Shown here one piece after another: positions 22,114 to 32,980 of a DNA stretch of 64,000 nt. The notes beneath the pieces were generated by a model. That model was not told the origin of the DNA. It saw nothing but the letters and a program-made list of their open reading frames with translations, and did no database searches. The stretch's first letter is position 1; each line of letters begins with the position of its first letter. The translations under genes and the position numbers were made by a program. Source of the DNA: an uncultured bacterium (GTDB taxonomy: Bacteria > Verrucomicrobiota > Verrucomicrobiia > Limisphaerales > UBA8199); assembly GCA_963749495.1 (NCBI GenBank), contig CAVVMW010000021.1, forward strand, positions 480,001 through 544,000, in the 5' to 3' direction.

Positions 22114-22410
22114 TCATCGGGCAACACCCTCCGGGGCCAGGGCAGGAGTGGCATGGCCGACGCTCTGCTCCTTCATCATGCGGTGGAGGTACTCCCGAAC
22201 ACTCGGCCAGTAAATGAGCCTGATGCCGCTCTTGTTGCCCGGCTCGCGCAACAGAATAGACTTAAAGGTGCCGTCGGAGATCTTCCGGTAAGTTAGGCCA
22301 CGCTTGATCCCTCCCAAACGCTGCACGTCGGGCACCCTCACAAATTCCGGCTGCTGGCCGGCGCAGTCGCCCACTCGGACCGGGGCGGTGGTCTTTTCAC
22401 TGCGTCTCAT
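22114..22410 (-). CDS. AlpA/excisionase-like HTH protein
   Basis: EFVRVPDVQRLGGIKRGLTYRKI...RLIYWPSVREYL; position between int and primase. Confidence 0.7.
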   Translation of the reverse strand: MRRSEKTTAPVRVGDCAGQQPEFVRVPDVQRLGGIKRGLTYRKISDGTFKSILLREPGNKSGIRLIYWPSVREYLHRMMKEQSVGHATPALAPEGVAR

Positions 22411-22504
22411 GGCGGCCAAGGTAGGTCAAGGCCGCCGCAAGAAGTGGGACAAGGTGAGTGTGCCGCCGGTGTCCCGTTTTCACGGCCTCCGGGCGGGCGG
22501 GCTT

Positions 22505-23245
22505 TCAGGCGGGCCACGGGCCGTGGTAGGTGGCCGTCTTGAAGGGGATGTAGTGCAGTTTGCCGTGCCGCAGTTCGAGGTCGCGGATGGCGCGGGGTTT
22601 GGCAGGGACAAGCCCAAGCCGTTGGTATAATTTCTTGATGCGAGCGGGTTCGCTGTTCAGGTACTGGGGCGGCAACCATTGTTTCTTCCAGCAGAAATGG
22701 CAGAGCTTCGCCATGGCCAGGTCGCTAAACACGCAAAGGCTGCGGATGGCCCATTGCGGGCCGGGCGGCTCTTGAATCCAATTGCGGATGAGAAACTCGG
22801 CTTGTTGCCAGGCGGAGTTTTTCCGTCGCGGCTCCCGTTGGTCGTAAAGCGCAAGCAGTTTGCGCAGGTGCTTGGCCAGCCCGGCGTCGTCCTGAACGCG
22901 GCTGGCGAGGGCGGAGACGGTTTCCCGAAGGGTGGGTTTGCCCAAGCGTCTGCGGAATTGCTGGTAGGTTTCCGGGTCGCCCGCGAAACTTGGAATATGG
23001 CGCCGCACTCTCCACGCCGCTACAGCGGCCCTGGCCGCCTCGACCTTGGGCAGATTCGCGGGAGGGGCAGTGCGTCCCACAACGTAGCGCCAAAGTTCGG
23101 GCGGGTCGCTTCGGTTCAAGCCGAGGTTACTGGCGTGGGAGCCCTGGATAATTCTCTTGCCCGCGTCCAGGCGGGAGAGTGCTATGCGCGGCCACTGACT
23201 TTGAAGCTTGGCCGTGTTGTATTGAATGACTATGTGGCGGCTCAT
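22505..23245 (-). CDS. Hypothetical protein coupled to the integrase
   Basis: 246-aa ORF with ATGA overlap on the int stop. Confidence 0.6.
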   Translation of the reverse strand: MSRHIVIQYNTAKLQSQWPRIALSRLDAGKRIIQGSHASNLGLNRSDPPELWRYVVGRTAPPANLPKVEAARAAVAAWRVRRHIPSFAGDPETYQQFRRRLGKPTLRETVSALASRVQDDAGLAKHLRKLLALYDQREPRRKNSAWQQAEFLIRNWIQEPPGPQWAIRSLCVFSDLAMAKLCHFCWKKQWLPPQYLNSEPARIKKLYQRLGLVPAKPRAIRDLELRHGKLHYIPFKTATYHGPWPA

Positions 23246-24402
23246 GCTTTGGTCACGTCCGGCAGCTTGTCGAGCGCGGCGCGTTTGGTCTCTGCGTCAA
23301 TGTGGGTGTAGTTGCGGCTCACGGCCTCGCTCTCATGGCCAACGATGTCACGGGTCACCACGTCACTCACGCCCGCGTTTTTTAGCAGGCTCGTGGCCGT
23401 GTGGCGCAGCGCGTGGAACGAGATGTCGCTCAACTGGCGCCGTGCCCCCCTGCCCTGCTTGCCGTCCTTCTTCTGGTGGTCGCCACGGGACTGCACCAAA
23501 CCCGCGGACGCCATAAGCTCGTAAAACTGGTTCGACAGCCAGCTTACGGTCTTGCCTTGGAAGGCGGGACAGAGCGGCGCTTTCGGATCGTCGCCGGCTG
23601 GGAGAGTTTCGATATGAGCCAGTAGCGGCCTGGCCAGCGGAAGGATCTGAACCCGCCCGGTCTTCTGCGTGCGGATCGTCAACTCCTTGGCCTGCAAGTC
23701 CAGGTTCGCCCAGGTCAATGCCTGGATGTCGCCTAGGCGCAGGCCGGTGTAAATGCCGGTCATCACGGCGGTTTTCCAGTCATCGCCGCAGACAGCCAGC
23801 AGCTTCCTCAACTCGGGCAGGGTGAACGCGCGGCGCTCGTGGCGGTCGCTCGTGTCCAGGTTGTCAACAAGGCGGGCGGGGTTGCGGTCAAAGATGCCTT
23901 GTTTGACGGCCCTTTCCAGACCGACACGGATCACCTTCAAATGCGTGTTCACCGTCGACGGGGCGACAAGGTCTTGCAGATGGTCCCGGTATCGCTCCAC
24001 GTCATCGGCTTTGAGCGCGGCCAGGTTGGTCCCAGCCTTCGCCCCCAGGAAGCCAAGGAAGCTCTCGGTGATCCCCTGGTAGCGGACAAACGTGCCTTCG
24101 GACTGCTCGGACTCGAAGGCTTTCAGCCAGGACGTGAAATGCTCGCGCACGGTCTTGCGCTCCACAGGGGCGCCGGACTCGGCCATGATTTCGCCGACGA
24201 CCCGCTCGATCACGCGCCGGGCCTTTTCTTCGGTGATGTTGCCCGTCCGGGCCAGGTCCTCGATGCTCTGGACCTTGGCACAGACGCGCTCCGCTTCTCG
24301 CTTGTTGCGGGTGAGGGTGGATTTGCAGCGCCGCGCTCCGTTGCGGTCGGTGTAAAAGCAAATCCAATTGGGCTTGCCGGGGAGTCTGTGAACGCTTGCC
24401 AT
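23242..24402 (-). CDS. int: Tyrosine recombinase/phage integrase
   Basis: TGLR, KTG, FHALRHT, IVGH, NYTH catalytic residues; adjacent to attR. Confidence 0.95.
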   Translation of the reverse strand: MASVHRLPGKPNWICFYTDRNGARRCKSTLTRNKREAERVCAKVQSIEDLARTGNITEEKARRVIERVVGEIMAESGAPVERKTVREHFTSWLKAFESEQSEGTFVRYQGITESFLGFLGAKAGTNLAALKADDVERYRDHLQDLVAPSTVNTHLKVIRVGLERAVKQGIFDRNPARLVDNLDTSDRHERRAFTLPELRKLLAVCGDDWKTAVMTGIYTGLRLGDIQALTWANLDLQAKELTIRTQKTGRVQILPLARPLLAHIETLPAGDDPKAPLCPAFQGKTVSWLSNQFYELMASAGLVQSRGDHQKKDGKQGRGARRQLSDISFHALRHTATSLLKNAGVSDVVTRDIVGHESEAVSRNYTHIDAETKRAALDKLPDVTKA

Positions 24403-24554
24403 AGTGGTATAACCATAGCGTATAACGTTCAAAGTTGTCAAGCCTGTTCATATTAGGCCATTTTTCAGGGGTATTTGCGTTTCTGGCCGGGCACAATCGC
24501 CACGTGGGTTCGATTCCCATCACCCGCTCCACCAGCATCGCATGATGCGGAAGC

Positions 24555-24758
24555 ATGAGCACGAGCGCGCAAGAGGTCATTGAACGGTTCAAGGCACTGC
24601 CGCCGCAAGACCGGGCCGAGGTGGCCAAGTTCATCGCGGAGCATGACGATTCCTGGGTGCCGGAGTCCTTCAAGGAAGGCATGAAGGCGGCAGCGGAAGG
24701 CCGGTTCGTGGACATGGAGACGGCCTTGTTTGAAACGCCGCCGCCGCACCTGCGATGA
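24555..24758 (+). CDS. Putative antitoxin (TA2)
   Basis: Paralogue of 14395-14643. Confidence 0.75.
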   Translation: MSTSAQEVIERFKALPPQDRAEVAKFIAEHDDSWVPESFKEGMKAAAEGRFVDMETALFETPPPHLR

Positions 24759-25030
24759 GCTACCGCTACCGGGCGACCGAGCCGTTCTGGACGCACTTTT
24801 ACCCTCTCAAGCCCGCCCAAAAGGAAGCGGCACGCCGGGCATGGCAGATTTTCAAGGTTGATCCGTTCGATCCACGTTTGCGCCCGCACAAGATTCATCG
24901 TCTGTCGGCCCTCCATGGCCGGACAATTCATGCCGTCGATATTGAAGGGGATTTGCGCTGCGTCTTCTACGTCCAGGATGATTGGGTCGTCTCGGTCAAC
25001 ATCGGCGCCCACGACGTTTACCGCGGGTAA
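24755..25030 (+). CDS. RelE/ParE-superfamily toxin (TA2)
   Basis: Paralogue of 14640-14915; ATGA overlap. Confidence 0.8.
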   Translation: MSYRYRATEPFWTHFYPLKPAQKEAARRAWQIFKVDPFDPRLRPHKIHRLSALHGRTIHAVDIEGDLRCVFYVQDDWVVSVNIGAHDVYRG

Positions 25031-25161
25031 GCGGTGCGCCCCACCCACCGCCCCCTCCTTCCGAACTCCCCTCCCGCCCGCCCCGGAATGCCTGCCAGGG
25101 CCATTTGCGCCCCAAGAACACGGTGGAAGCCTCGGGAGTGTCAGGACAGCGGATACTCGAA

Positions 25162-25190
25162 ACGTGGCTCGATTCCCATCACCCGCTCCA
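25162..25190 (+). repeat. Degenerate tRNA-Gly 3' end (old att site 2)
   Basis: ACGTGGCTCGATTCCCATCACCCGCTCCA versus tRNA ACGTGGGTTCGATTCCCATCACCCGCTCCA. Confidence 0.85.
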
Positions 25191-25199
25191 AGTTCTGCT

Positions 25200-25415
25200 C
25201 ATCGCGTAGCGATGATCCGACGGTAGCCGTGCGGCTTCAGCCGACGGGAAGGCGGTTTGGGCGGACAGGTTGCGTCGCGTAGCGACGCATGAGCTACCCA
25301 CCCCCTCGGGGCAGCAGGCCGGTTCAGGCGTCGCTACGCGACCCCATGTCTTTTGCGGCACCTCGACCGGGGGCTAAAGCCGCCCGGCTACCATCAGGAC
25401 ACCGCTCCGCGGTGA
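25200..25415. repeat. REP-like element, family A
   Basis: ATCGCGTAGCGAT...CACCGCTCCGCGGTG; inverted relative to 30645-30860. Confidence 0.8.
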
Positions 25416-25526
25416 ACAAGGACGTCCCGTGCGAAGAATTTGGTCTCACGCCCAAGGGCCTCGGGAATGTGTTGACCTGCCGTTGCCGGCGCTTTAGTTT
25501 AGAAGTGCATCGCATGATGCGGAAGC

Positions 25527-25739
25527 ATGAGCACGAGCGCGCAAGAAGTTATCGAGCGGTTCAAGGCGTTGCCGCCGCAAGACCGGGCCGACGTGGCCAG
25601 GTTCATCGCGGAGCATGACGATTCCTGGGTGCCAGAGTCCTTCAAGCGCGGGATGGCCGATGCGGAAGCGGGGCGTTTTGCGGAAATGGAAACAGTTCTG
25701 AGCGGCGCCCCTCCGCCGTTGCGCCGCCGGGCCAAATGA
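25527..25739 (+). CDS. Putative antitoxin (TA3)
   Basis: Paralogue of TA1/TA2 antitoxins, with its own promoter at 25472-25500. Confidence 0.75.
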   Translation: MSTSAQEVIERFKALPPQDRADVARFIAEHDDSWVPESFKRGMADAEAGRFAEMETVLSGAPPPLRRRAK

Positions 25740-26011
25740 GTTATCGGTTCAAGCCGACCGAGGGTTTCTGGGAAAGTTTCTACGATTTGACGGCCCGCCA
25801 AAAGGACTCGGCGCGCCGCGCTTGGAAGATTTTCAAAAAGAATCCCTTTGACCCGCGCCTTCGTCCCCACAAAATCCACAGGCTCTCCGCGTATTATGGA
25901 CGGACTATCTACGCGGCGGACGTGGAGGGTGACTTGCGCGTTGTGTTCTACGTCGATCACGATTGCGTAGTGACGGTGGACATTGGGACTCACGATGTTT
26001 ACCGCGCGTGA
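25736..26011 (+). CDS. RelE/ParE-superfamily toxin (TA3)
   Basis: Paralogue; NPFDPRLRPHKI, IGTHDVY. Confidence 0.8.
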   Translation: MSYRFKPTEGFWESFYDLTARQKDSARRAWKIFKKNPFDPRLRPHKIHRLSAYYGRTIYAADVEGDLRVVFYVDHDCVVTVDIGTHDVYRA

Positions 26012-26128
26012 GCAGTGTGTCGCCCCCACCGCCCCTCCCTGTCTCCGAACCCCCTCCTGCCCGCCGGAATGCCTGCCATGGCCATTTGCGCTACGCCGGG
26101 CGGGCGTGTAGCCTCGGGGGCGTATCAA

Positions 26129-26154
26129 GGTTTCGATTCCCATGACCCGCTCCA
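26129..26154 (+). repeat. Degenerate tRNA-Gly 3' end (old att site 3)
   Basis: GGTTTCGATTCCCATGACCCGCTCCA, two mismatches to the tRNA. Confidence 0.8.
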
Positions 26155-26174
26155 TTTCAGTCATTGGGCGCTGT

Positions 26175-26315
26175 CTATCTCGGGCGAGTCCGTCCATTCG
26201 GTGCCGGCGGAGGCTCGAACCAATTCTCCACCTTCAAAGCGGCCACATGGTCAGCGTGGCGCACGTTTCGTGTGACGAGAATCAAATTGAGAGTGTTCGT
26301 GTCGAGGAGGTACAC
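26175..26315 (-). pseudogene. VapC/PIN toxin with central deletion
   Basis: 46 aa: N-terminal YLLDTN joined to C-terminal LILVTRNVRH...LKVENW. Confidence 0.7.
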
Positions 26316-26318
26316 AGT

Positions 26319-26576
26319 TCAATCGAATTCCGGCGCGGGCGGTCCGAAATCCTGTCGGCTTGCGGCCTGGTCCTCTTCCAGGATCTTGAAAAACGGGTCG
26401 TCGTTTGGAATGCCGTCGGGATTGTAATAGGTTCCGTCCGGGAGGCGTTGAAGTTGGCACAGCAGAACCGTTTTCGGGCCGGGGGTGGGCTTGCCCAGTT
26501 CGGCCCAAATCATCTGCTGGTCCGCGGGGGGCAAACTTCTCACCAGTTCCAGGACCTTTTGTGCGATCGTGCTCAC
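26319..26576 (-). CDS. Putative antitoxin upstream of the VapC remnant
   Basis: GTG start, MSTIAQKVLELVRSLPPADQ similar to TA1-3 antitoxin N-termini; acidic C-terminus. Confidence 0.6.
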   Translation of the reverse strand: MSTIAQKVLELVRSLPPADQQMIWAELGKPTPGPKTVLLCQLQRLPDGTYYNPDGIPNDDPFFKILEEDQAASRQDFGPPAPEFD

Positions 26577-26654
26577 AGCCCCAAATTTAAGGGAACCAAA
26601 AGCCCAGGGCAATCCGGGATTTCCCCCAAATCCTCGGCTAGGAATTCTTATGAA

Positions 26655-26712
26655 CCGCGGAATACGCGGAATACGCGGAAAAGAAAGGGCATTCCGCGTA
26701 TTCCGCGTATTC
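26655..26712. repeat. Inverted 9-mer tandem repeat hairpin
   Basis: (CGCGGAATA)n ... (TTCCGCGTA)n; similar design at 34497-34558. Confidence 0.75.
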
Positions 26713-26735
26713 GGCGGTATTAAATCTCGATTGGC

Positions 26736-26936
26736 ATGAAACATGAGGCGGCCCCATTTTGCTGGTCGTCCGTGCCGCACCCAATCCTTAGGCGCGGTTC
26801 TGGGGCCGATGGTCGACCCTTTCAAGGGCTGGAACTGCGGGACCTGCAAGCGAACGTCCAGGAGGCCGTGCGTTGCCATTTCGAGCGGGAGCGGATGCCG
26901 CCGGAAATGCTGGAAGCATTTGTGGAGCATCTCTAA
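26736..26936 (+). pseudogene. HicB-like antitoxin remnant
   Basis: LRDLQANVQEAVRCHFE resembles HicB-like C-terminal motif; N-terminus degraded. Confidence 0.45.
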
Positions 26937-26956
26937 GAAGTGCCTGAGTTTCGGAG

Positions 26957-27811
26957 TTGATGCCCTCGTCGAGTTGGCTCATGCTTTGCGGCATGAGTTG
27001 CTCGAAGGTCGCTGCACACACCGGCCTGATTGTGGTGGCCGGGCTCACGTCGTGCTTTCATATTGCCAGGGCCGCTGAACCATCCCCTCGAACCCCAACA
27101 ATCGCCTCCGCATTTGTCCGGGTGAGCCCGCGCGATCCGAGGTATTTCGAGCTTTCGGACGGAAGGCCTTACGTTCCAATTGGTTTGAATATGATCGCTC
27201 CGCCCGGCAACGAGGGACTTCCGGGCCTGGAGACCTGGATGGAGCAACTCCAGGCCAACGGCGGCAACTACATCCGGGTCTGGCTGAGCAACCCCTTCTT
27301 CGATGTCGAGCATGTGCGTTGTGGCGATTACGACGAAGCCAACGCCAAGCGCATCGAGGCACTCCTGGCCATCGCCGCCCGGCATGGTATTCGGGTCAAG
27401 ATCTGGCACTGGGATTATTATGTGGCCAGACAGAATCTCTGGTGGCATTTCGGCCGGTTCGCCGAGGCCATCAAAGACCTGGACCCCCCGGCGGAACAGT
27501 TCCAGCCCGAGATGCTGCCGCATCCGCGCTTGCGAGTTTATGCGTTGAAAGGCCAGCACACGGCACTGCTTTGGTGCCGCGATGTCGAGAACACCTGGCG
27601 CCGTGAATTGGGGGAAGGCAGAGCTCCTGATCCGGTCCAAGGCGCTGTTGTGGATGTCAGGCCATTGAACCTGGGCAATACCCCAGCGCGATTTTATGAT
27701 CCTTGGGAAAACCGCTGGACGAGCGCAGCCTCGGAGGGAGACCAATTGCGACTCCCGGCATTCAAACGTTCACTGGTCGTGCGGTTCGCGTTGGGGCCTG
27801 CAGAACCATGA
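26957..27811 (+). pseudogene. Secreted glycoside-hydrolase-like gene, probably internally deleted
   Basis: N-terminal YFELSDGRPYVPIGLN...GGNYIRVW then an abrupt jump GIRVKI|WHWDYYV to a C-terminal part; short for a TIM barrel plus tail. Confidence 0.45.
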
Positions 27812-27842
27812 GCAGATGAACACGATGTAATCCTCCTGCAGA

Positions 27843-28005
27843 TCAGCCCAGGGCCGTGGACCTGGGTTTGCCGCGGAGGTCTTGTTCGGTTGCAGGCCAA
27901 GGCCCTGCCTCCTAGGGATGAAGCGCGCCTTCAGCGCTCCGGTTGGCTTTTCGTGGCTTTTCCCAGGGCTTTGCCCTGGGCTGGTATGAGCGACGCCTTT
28001 GGCGT
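27843..28005. repeat. REP-like palindrome, family D
   Basis: CAGCCCAGGGC ... CCCAGGGCTTTGCCCTGGGCTG. Confidence 0.65.
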
Positions 28006-28132
28006 CCAGAGCACGCACCGCCGGTTCCATCGTGCATCCGAAGAATTCTGCCGTGCGGCCCTTGCCCGGGGTTGCAGAATCCCCTATTGTCGCCGGAGAG
28101 TAGTTGAAGCATAGTTGAGGGATTTCTGCTCC

Positions 28133-28705
28133 ATGAAACAGACCGAAGTAGAGAATGCGAAACCGGCAACGGCGGGCCCGCCCGGGGCGGCAGAGCCTCT
28201 GGTGCCGCTGGAGGCCGGAACCGTGACCGCCGAGCAACTGGAGGGCTTGAAGGAGCGTGCGGCCAAGGCGGACGAGCATTGGGAGCGGCTGCTGCGCACG
28301 ACGGCGGATTTCGACAATTACAAGAAGCGGGCGGCGCGGGAGAGGCAGGAGGCGGCCCGCTACGCGAACCAGGAGTTGCTGCACAAGCTCATCGTGGTGG
28401 TGGACAACCTGGACGCGGCGCTGGCTGCGGCGCAGAGCGCGCCGGACAAGGCCGCGCAATCGCTGCAAACCGGGGTGAACATGATCCACCAGCAACTCCG
28501 CAAGGCCCTGGCCGATGCCGGCCTGGAGGAGGTCAACGCGCTGGGGCAGAAATTCGACCCGGCCCTGCACGAGGCCGTGGCCCAAAAGGAAACCACCGAT
28601 GCGCCCGAGGGCCAGGTCATCGAGCAACTGCGCAAAGGCTACCGCCTGCGCGAGCGCCTGCTCCGCCCCGCCACCGTCGTTGTGGCCAAGCAACCTGCCG
28701 CCTGA
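28133..28705 (+). CDS. grpE: Nucleotide exchange factor GrpE
   Basis: ADFDNYKKR, FDPALHEAV, KGYRLRERLLRPATVVV. Confidence 0.95.
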   Translation: MKQTEVENAKPATAGPPGAAEPLVPLEAGTVTAEQLEGLKERAAKADEHWERLLRTTADFDNYKKRAARERQEAARYANQELLHKLIVVVDNLDAALAAAQSAPDKAAQSLQTGVNMIHQQLRKALADAGLEEVNALGQKFDPALHEAVAQKETTDAPEGQVIEQLRKGYRLRERLLRPATVVVAKQPAA

Positions 28706-28708
28706 TCC

Positions 28709-29837
28709 ATGGCCAAACGCGATTATTACGAAGTCCTGGGCGTGGGCAAGGACGCGGGCGCGGACGAAATCAAAAAGGCCTACCGGAAGCTGGCCATCCA
28801 GTATCATCCGGACAAGAACCCGGGGGACAAGACGGCCGAGGAGAGGTTCAAGGAATTGGGCGAGGCCTACGAGATCCTCGAGCGACCCCCAGCAGCGGGC
28901 CGCATACGATCAATACGGCCATGCCGCCTTCGACCGGCGCGCCGGCGCTTATGCCCGCGCCGGGAGCTTTCACGACCCGTTCGAGATCTTTCGCGAGGTC
29001 TTCGGCGGCGGCAGCATTTTCGAGGAACTCTTCGGCGGGGGCGGCGGCAACCCGGCCCAGCCGCGCCGGGGCGACGACCTCCGTTACGACATGGAAATCT
29101 CGTTCGAGGAGGCGGTCCGCGGGGCCGAAAAGGAAATCGCGCTCACCAAGGCGGAGCGGTGCGCCGCCTGCCAGGGCACGGGCGCCGAGGCCGGGTCGCG
29201 GGTGCGGACCTGCCCCACGTGCGGCGGCCGCGGCCAGGTGGTCACGTCGAGGGGGATTTTCAGCATCGCCCAGGCCTGCCCGCATTGCCAGGGCGCCGGG
29301 CGGATCGTCGAGCGGCCCTGCAAGACCTGCCGGGGCACCGGCCGGCACGAGGCCACCGGCAAGATCACCCTGCGCATCCCCGCCGGGGTGGACACCGGCT
29401 CGCGCTTGCGCTCCTCTGGCAACGGCGAGGCCGGCTACCGTGGCGGGCCCCAGGGCAACCTCTATGTCATGCTGCACGTTCGTCCGCACGAGATCTTCCA
29501 GCGCAACGGCGACAACCTGCTGTGCGAGGTGCCCATCACGTTCATCCAGGCGGCCTTGGGCGCCGAGATCGAGGTGCCCACCCTCGACGGGAAACTGCCG
29601 GTCAAAGTTCCTCCTGGCACCCAGCCTGGCGCCATGTTCCGCCTCAAGGGCAAAGGCGTCAGAAACGTCCAGGGCTACGGCTACGGCAACCTGCACGTGC
29701 GCATCGCCTTGGAGGTGCCGGCTCATCTGAACGCAGCCCAAAAGGCCAAGCTCTTGGAATTTGCCGAAATGTGCAGCGGCAAGGAAACTCCCATCATCCA
29801 GGGCTTCTTCGAGAAGGCCAGGAAGCTGTTCCAATAA
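28709..29837 (+). CDS. dnaJ: Chaperone DnaJ; frameshift near 28880
   Basis: RDYYEVLGV and HPD J-domain, then in another frame [13 protein letters not shown] and four CxxCxGxG repeats. Confidence 0.95.
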
Positions 29838-29842
29838 GCGCC

Positions 29843-30622
29843 ATGCACCGTTTTTACCTGCCACCTGATCAACACCGGGGCGAGAGGTTGGTCCTGACCG
29901 AAGGAGAGGCGCGCCATGCGGCACAAGTCCTGCGCCTGGGCCGGGGCGACCAGGTGACAGTGCTGGACGGGGCCGGTCTGGAACTGCTGTGCGAGATCCG
30001 GGAAACGGCCGGCGAGAAGCTCGAGATGGCGGTCATCCAGAAGCGGCTTGTCCCTCCCCTGCCCTGCCGAGTCACCCTCCTCCAGGCCCTGCCCAAGGCT
30101 AGGCTCATCGAGTCGATCCTCCAAAAGGCAACCGAACTGGGCGCCGCTCGCTTCGTCCCCCTGCTCACCGAACGCGTGGTCGTCCAACTGGATGAGCGCG
30201 AAGCCGCCCGCAAGGCCGAGAAATGGCAGCGCGTCGCCATCGAGGCCATCAAACAGTGCGGTTCGGCCTGGCTCCCAAAGGTCGAGGCGCCCATGACACC
30301 CCGCCAATGGCTCGCCCGCCAGGAACCCATCGAACTGTCCCTGCTCGCCTCCCTCCAGCCGCACAGCCGCCATCCCCGAGAGCACTTCGAGGCCTTCCGC
30401 GCGACGCACCGGCGCCCGCCGCGCACTGCCTGCGTCTGGGTCGGCCCGGAAGGCGATTTCACTCGCGCCGAAACCGAGACCATCCAGGCCGCCGGCGCCT
30501 TGCCCATCACACTGGGCCCCCTGGTCCTGCGCACCGAGACCGCCGCTGTCTATTGCCTTTCGATCCTGAATTATGAACTCCAGGCGCCGCAGGGTGTGGA
30601 GAGTGAGGGGCGTGGAGCGTGA
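29843..30622 (+). CDS. rsmE: 16S rRNA m3U1498 methyltransferase
   Basis: [34 protein letters not shown]. Confidence 0.93.
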   Translation: MHRFYLPPDQHRGERLVLTEGEARHAAQVLRLGRGDQVTVLDGAGLELLCEIRETAGEKLEMAVIQKRLVPPLPCRVTLLQALPKARLIESILQKATELGAARFVPLLTERVVVQLDEREAARKAEKWQRVAIEAIKQCGSAWLPKVEAPMTPRQWLARQEPIELSLLASLQPHSRHPREHFEAFRATHRRPPRTACVWVGPEGDFTRAETETIQAAGALPITLGPLVLRTETAAVYCLSILNYELQAPQGVESEGRGA

Positions 30623-30644
30623 GGGGCGATTGGCAGGCCTCTGT

Positions 30645-30860
30645 TCACCGCGGAGCGGTGTCCTGATGGTAGCCGGGCGGCTTTAGCCCCCGGTCAAGGT
30701 CCCGGAGAAGTCCCGGCGTCGCGTAGCGACGCCTGAAACGGCCCTCGGCCCGAGGGCGTGGGCGGCTCAGGCGTCGCTACGCGACGCGACCCCTGTGGCT
30801 AAAACACCCTTCCGTGGGCTGAAGCCACACGGCTACCTTCGTATCATCGCTACGCGATGA
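30645..30860. repeat. REP-like element, family A
   Basis: TCACCGCGGAGCGGTG...TCATCGCTACGCGATGA. Confidence 0.8.
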
Positions 30861-31130
30861 GCGCAGCCAGACCAGTGTCTAGCTCTCTAGAGCGATACAC
30901 GGCTACGGGCCTGTCCCAAACGCACATTTGGGAAGAGCCCGCGGCCCAAGCCGCCACGCCGATTCCCTGGGCGATTCAGGTGTTCCAGTCTGGCCAACCT
31001 CTTGGCCGGCCAATACCAGCATGCGCCTCGTCGCGGCCCGACGGGCCGCCAGAGCCTAGCCCCAGTTTACGAGTTATTTCAAGGGTGCCTCGGAATTGGT
31101 TGTCAACCAGCAGGTTACAACCTGGCCCCT

Positions 31131-32980
31131 CTATGCCCTAAAACGGCGATTTGGGGGCTCTCAGTTCGAGTATCTCCATCAGCTTTGCCTGGATTTCGTC
31201 CCGCTTGGTCAGCACCGGCTGCTCCGTGGCCGGTCGGCCTGCGCGGCGGGCTGGGTAAACATTGATCACCTCCTGAATCCGGCCCAACTTCTCCAGCAGA
31301 CCGGCCATGGATAAGCGCACGCCCGCCTGCCGTGCGCGGCGCCACACCAGGGCTCGGAGCAGTACCGCAATAGTACAATAGAGTCCATGGACTTGGATCT
31401 TGCTCTCGGTCCAGTGGTGCAGTGGCCACCAGGCGCCAATGTGCCGGTCCTTCATTTCGTGGAAAATCTCCTCGATGACAAATTGGCTCCGGTAAGCGCG
31501 AATTACCTGGGCGTCGGTCCATTCCTTATGACCGGTGATGAGCAGCGTCTTGCCCAGATACGTATCGGCCAACTGTTGCTGCGCGGCTGGGTCCGCCACG
31601 TAAGCCAATTGGAGCACGCCCGCCGCCGTCCGCGAGACGGTGGTCTTGAGCAACTGGCCCAGATGCTGACGGTGAAGAATCTGGTCGCACTTGCGCTGGA
31701 CCGATTCGACGCTCGGCAGGGTGCCTCCCTTAATCGAGCCCTGCGGCACGGTCTTGGAGGTTCTGCCGCACTTGGGCCAACTGGCTCAGCGCGCGGGCCA
31801 GGTCGTTTTGCACCGTCGCCCATTGGCTGGCAAAGAGGTGCTCGTTGTAAGTGACCACCACCGTGCGCTCCTTGCCATAGACCACCAGTTGGGTGTGCCA
31901 GCTTTTGGTGCCTTCCAGGCCCGGCTCGGTGGCGGCCTGCCAACGGGCGTCCTGGTTGGAAATCCGCATCAGGTCGGGATGCTCGTCCAACTTGACCGAA
32001 CCGACGTAGGGCAGTCCGAGTTGGTCAATCAAGCCGAAGTTGTCCTCGGAGTTGTTGCCCTTATCGAAGATGAGCGTCGGTTTGACCGTGGCCCAGGTCG
32101 AACCGGCCCGCTCCACCAGCCAGCGCTGAAACCTCGCCAGCACTTGCGGGAACTCCTTGGCGTCGTTGCGGTTGCCCTCATAGACCTCGTAAAAGAGCGG
32201 CAACTGCCCGTCGGTGGAGCAGAACAGGGCATAGCTGACTTGCCGCAGATTGCACCGGCCCTGCTTGTTCTTGCCGCGTTTGGCGACTTGGCACTTGAGG
32301 TTGAAGGTGTCGATGAAGGTGTAGAAGTTGGTGCCGTCATAACAAATCTGCGAGAGCGGGATTTGCTCCCGCTGCAGGACGCCGCCGATGAGTTGCTGCC
32401 AGATGGCCTGGGCGGTGAGCGGCTCGATGCGGTCCATGTGATCCCAGAAGCGCTGGGAGGTCAATTGCGCCGCCGACGCCTCGGGCCATAAACGCGCCAG
32501 GCAGGTGCGGCCAAGCCAATCCCACATCGCCTGCTTGCTGACCGGGTCGTAGGCACGGTTGATGGCCGCCAGGCGGATGTAGTCGCCGGTGCTCAGTCCC
32601 TGGTCGCGCTTGGGGCATAGTTGATCGACCAGTTCGGCAACCCGGGCACGGCGCGTTTCCTGCCAGAGGGCCAGCGGCAGGGCCCAGTCGAGCACCTGGG
32701 CGTATTGGGGAGGGGGGCCGGTGCCCGCAACGGCTTGCGCGATATCCTCGGCTTTGCCGAGGTATCTTTGGGAGAGGCGGCGGCATTTGCCGTTTTTCCA
32801 ACCCCAGAGGGAGAGATAGTAGTAGGTGTGGCCATGAATGTTTTTGGCTTCGAGGCGATGCATAGCGCGCCGGACATGCGACGCGCATATTCAGGGCATA
32901 GTTACAGAAGATTGTCAAGCACAATATCTCATTTCATAGGGAAATATTGACGGTATCTGGGCTTGTGTTTTAGGGCATAG
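31131..32980 (-). mobile_element. IS1634-family insertion sequence
   Basis: 14-bp perfect TIR CTATGCCCTAAAAC at 31131-31144 and 32967-32980. Confidence 0.85.
31138..32863 (-). CDS. IS1634-family DDE transposase; frameshift near 31735
   Basis: YDGTNFY, GKNKQ, YEGNRND, IFDKG, YRSQFVIEEIF, HHWTESKIQVH. Confidence 0.85.

Noticed and set aside
24501..26154. Additional tRNA genes or integron attC sites
   Set aside because: Only the T-arm and acceptor 3' half are present; no attC R/L boxes were seen, and the integrase is phage-type rather than IntI.
28870..28890. Programmed frameshift or true pseudogene in dnaJ (also BspA, IS1634, LamG, GH52, PilU)
   Set aside because: Single-base shifts scattered over unrelated genes with no slippery motif; sequencing indels are more parsimonious.
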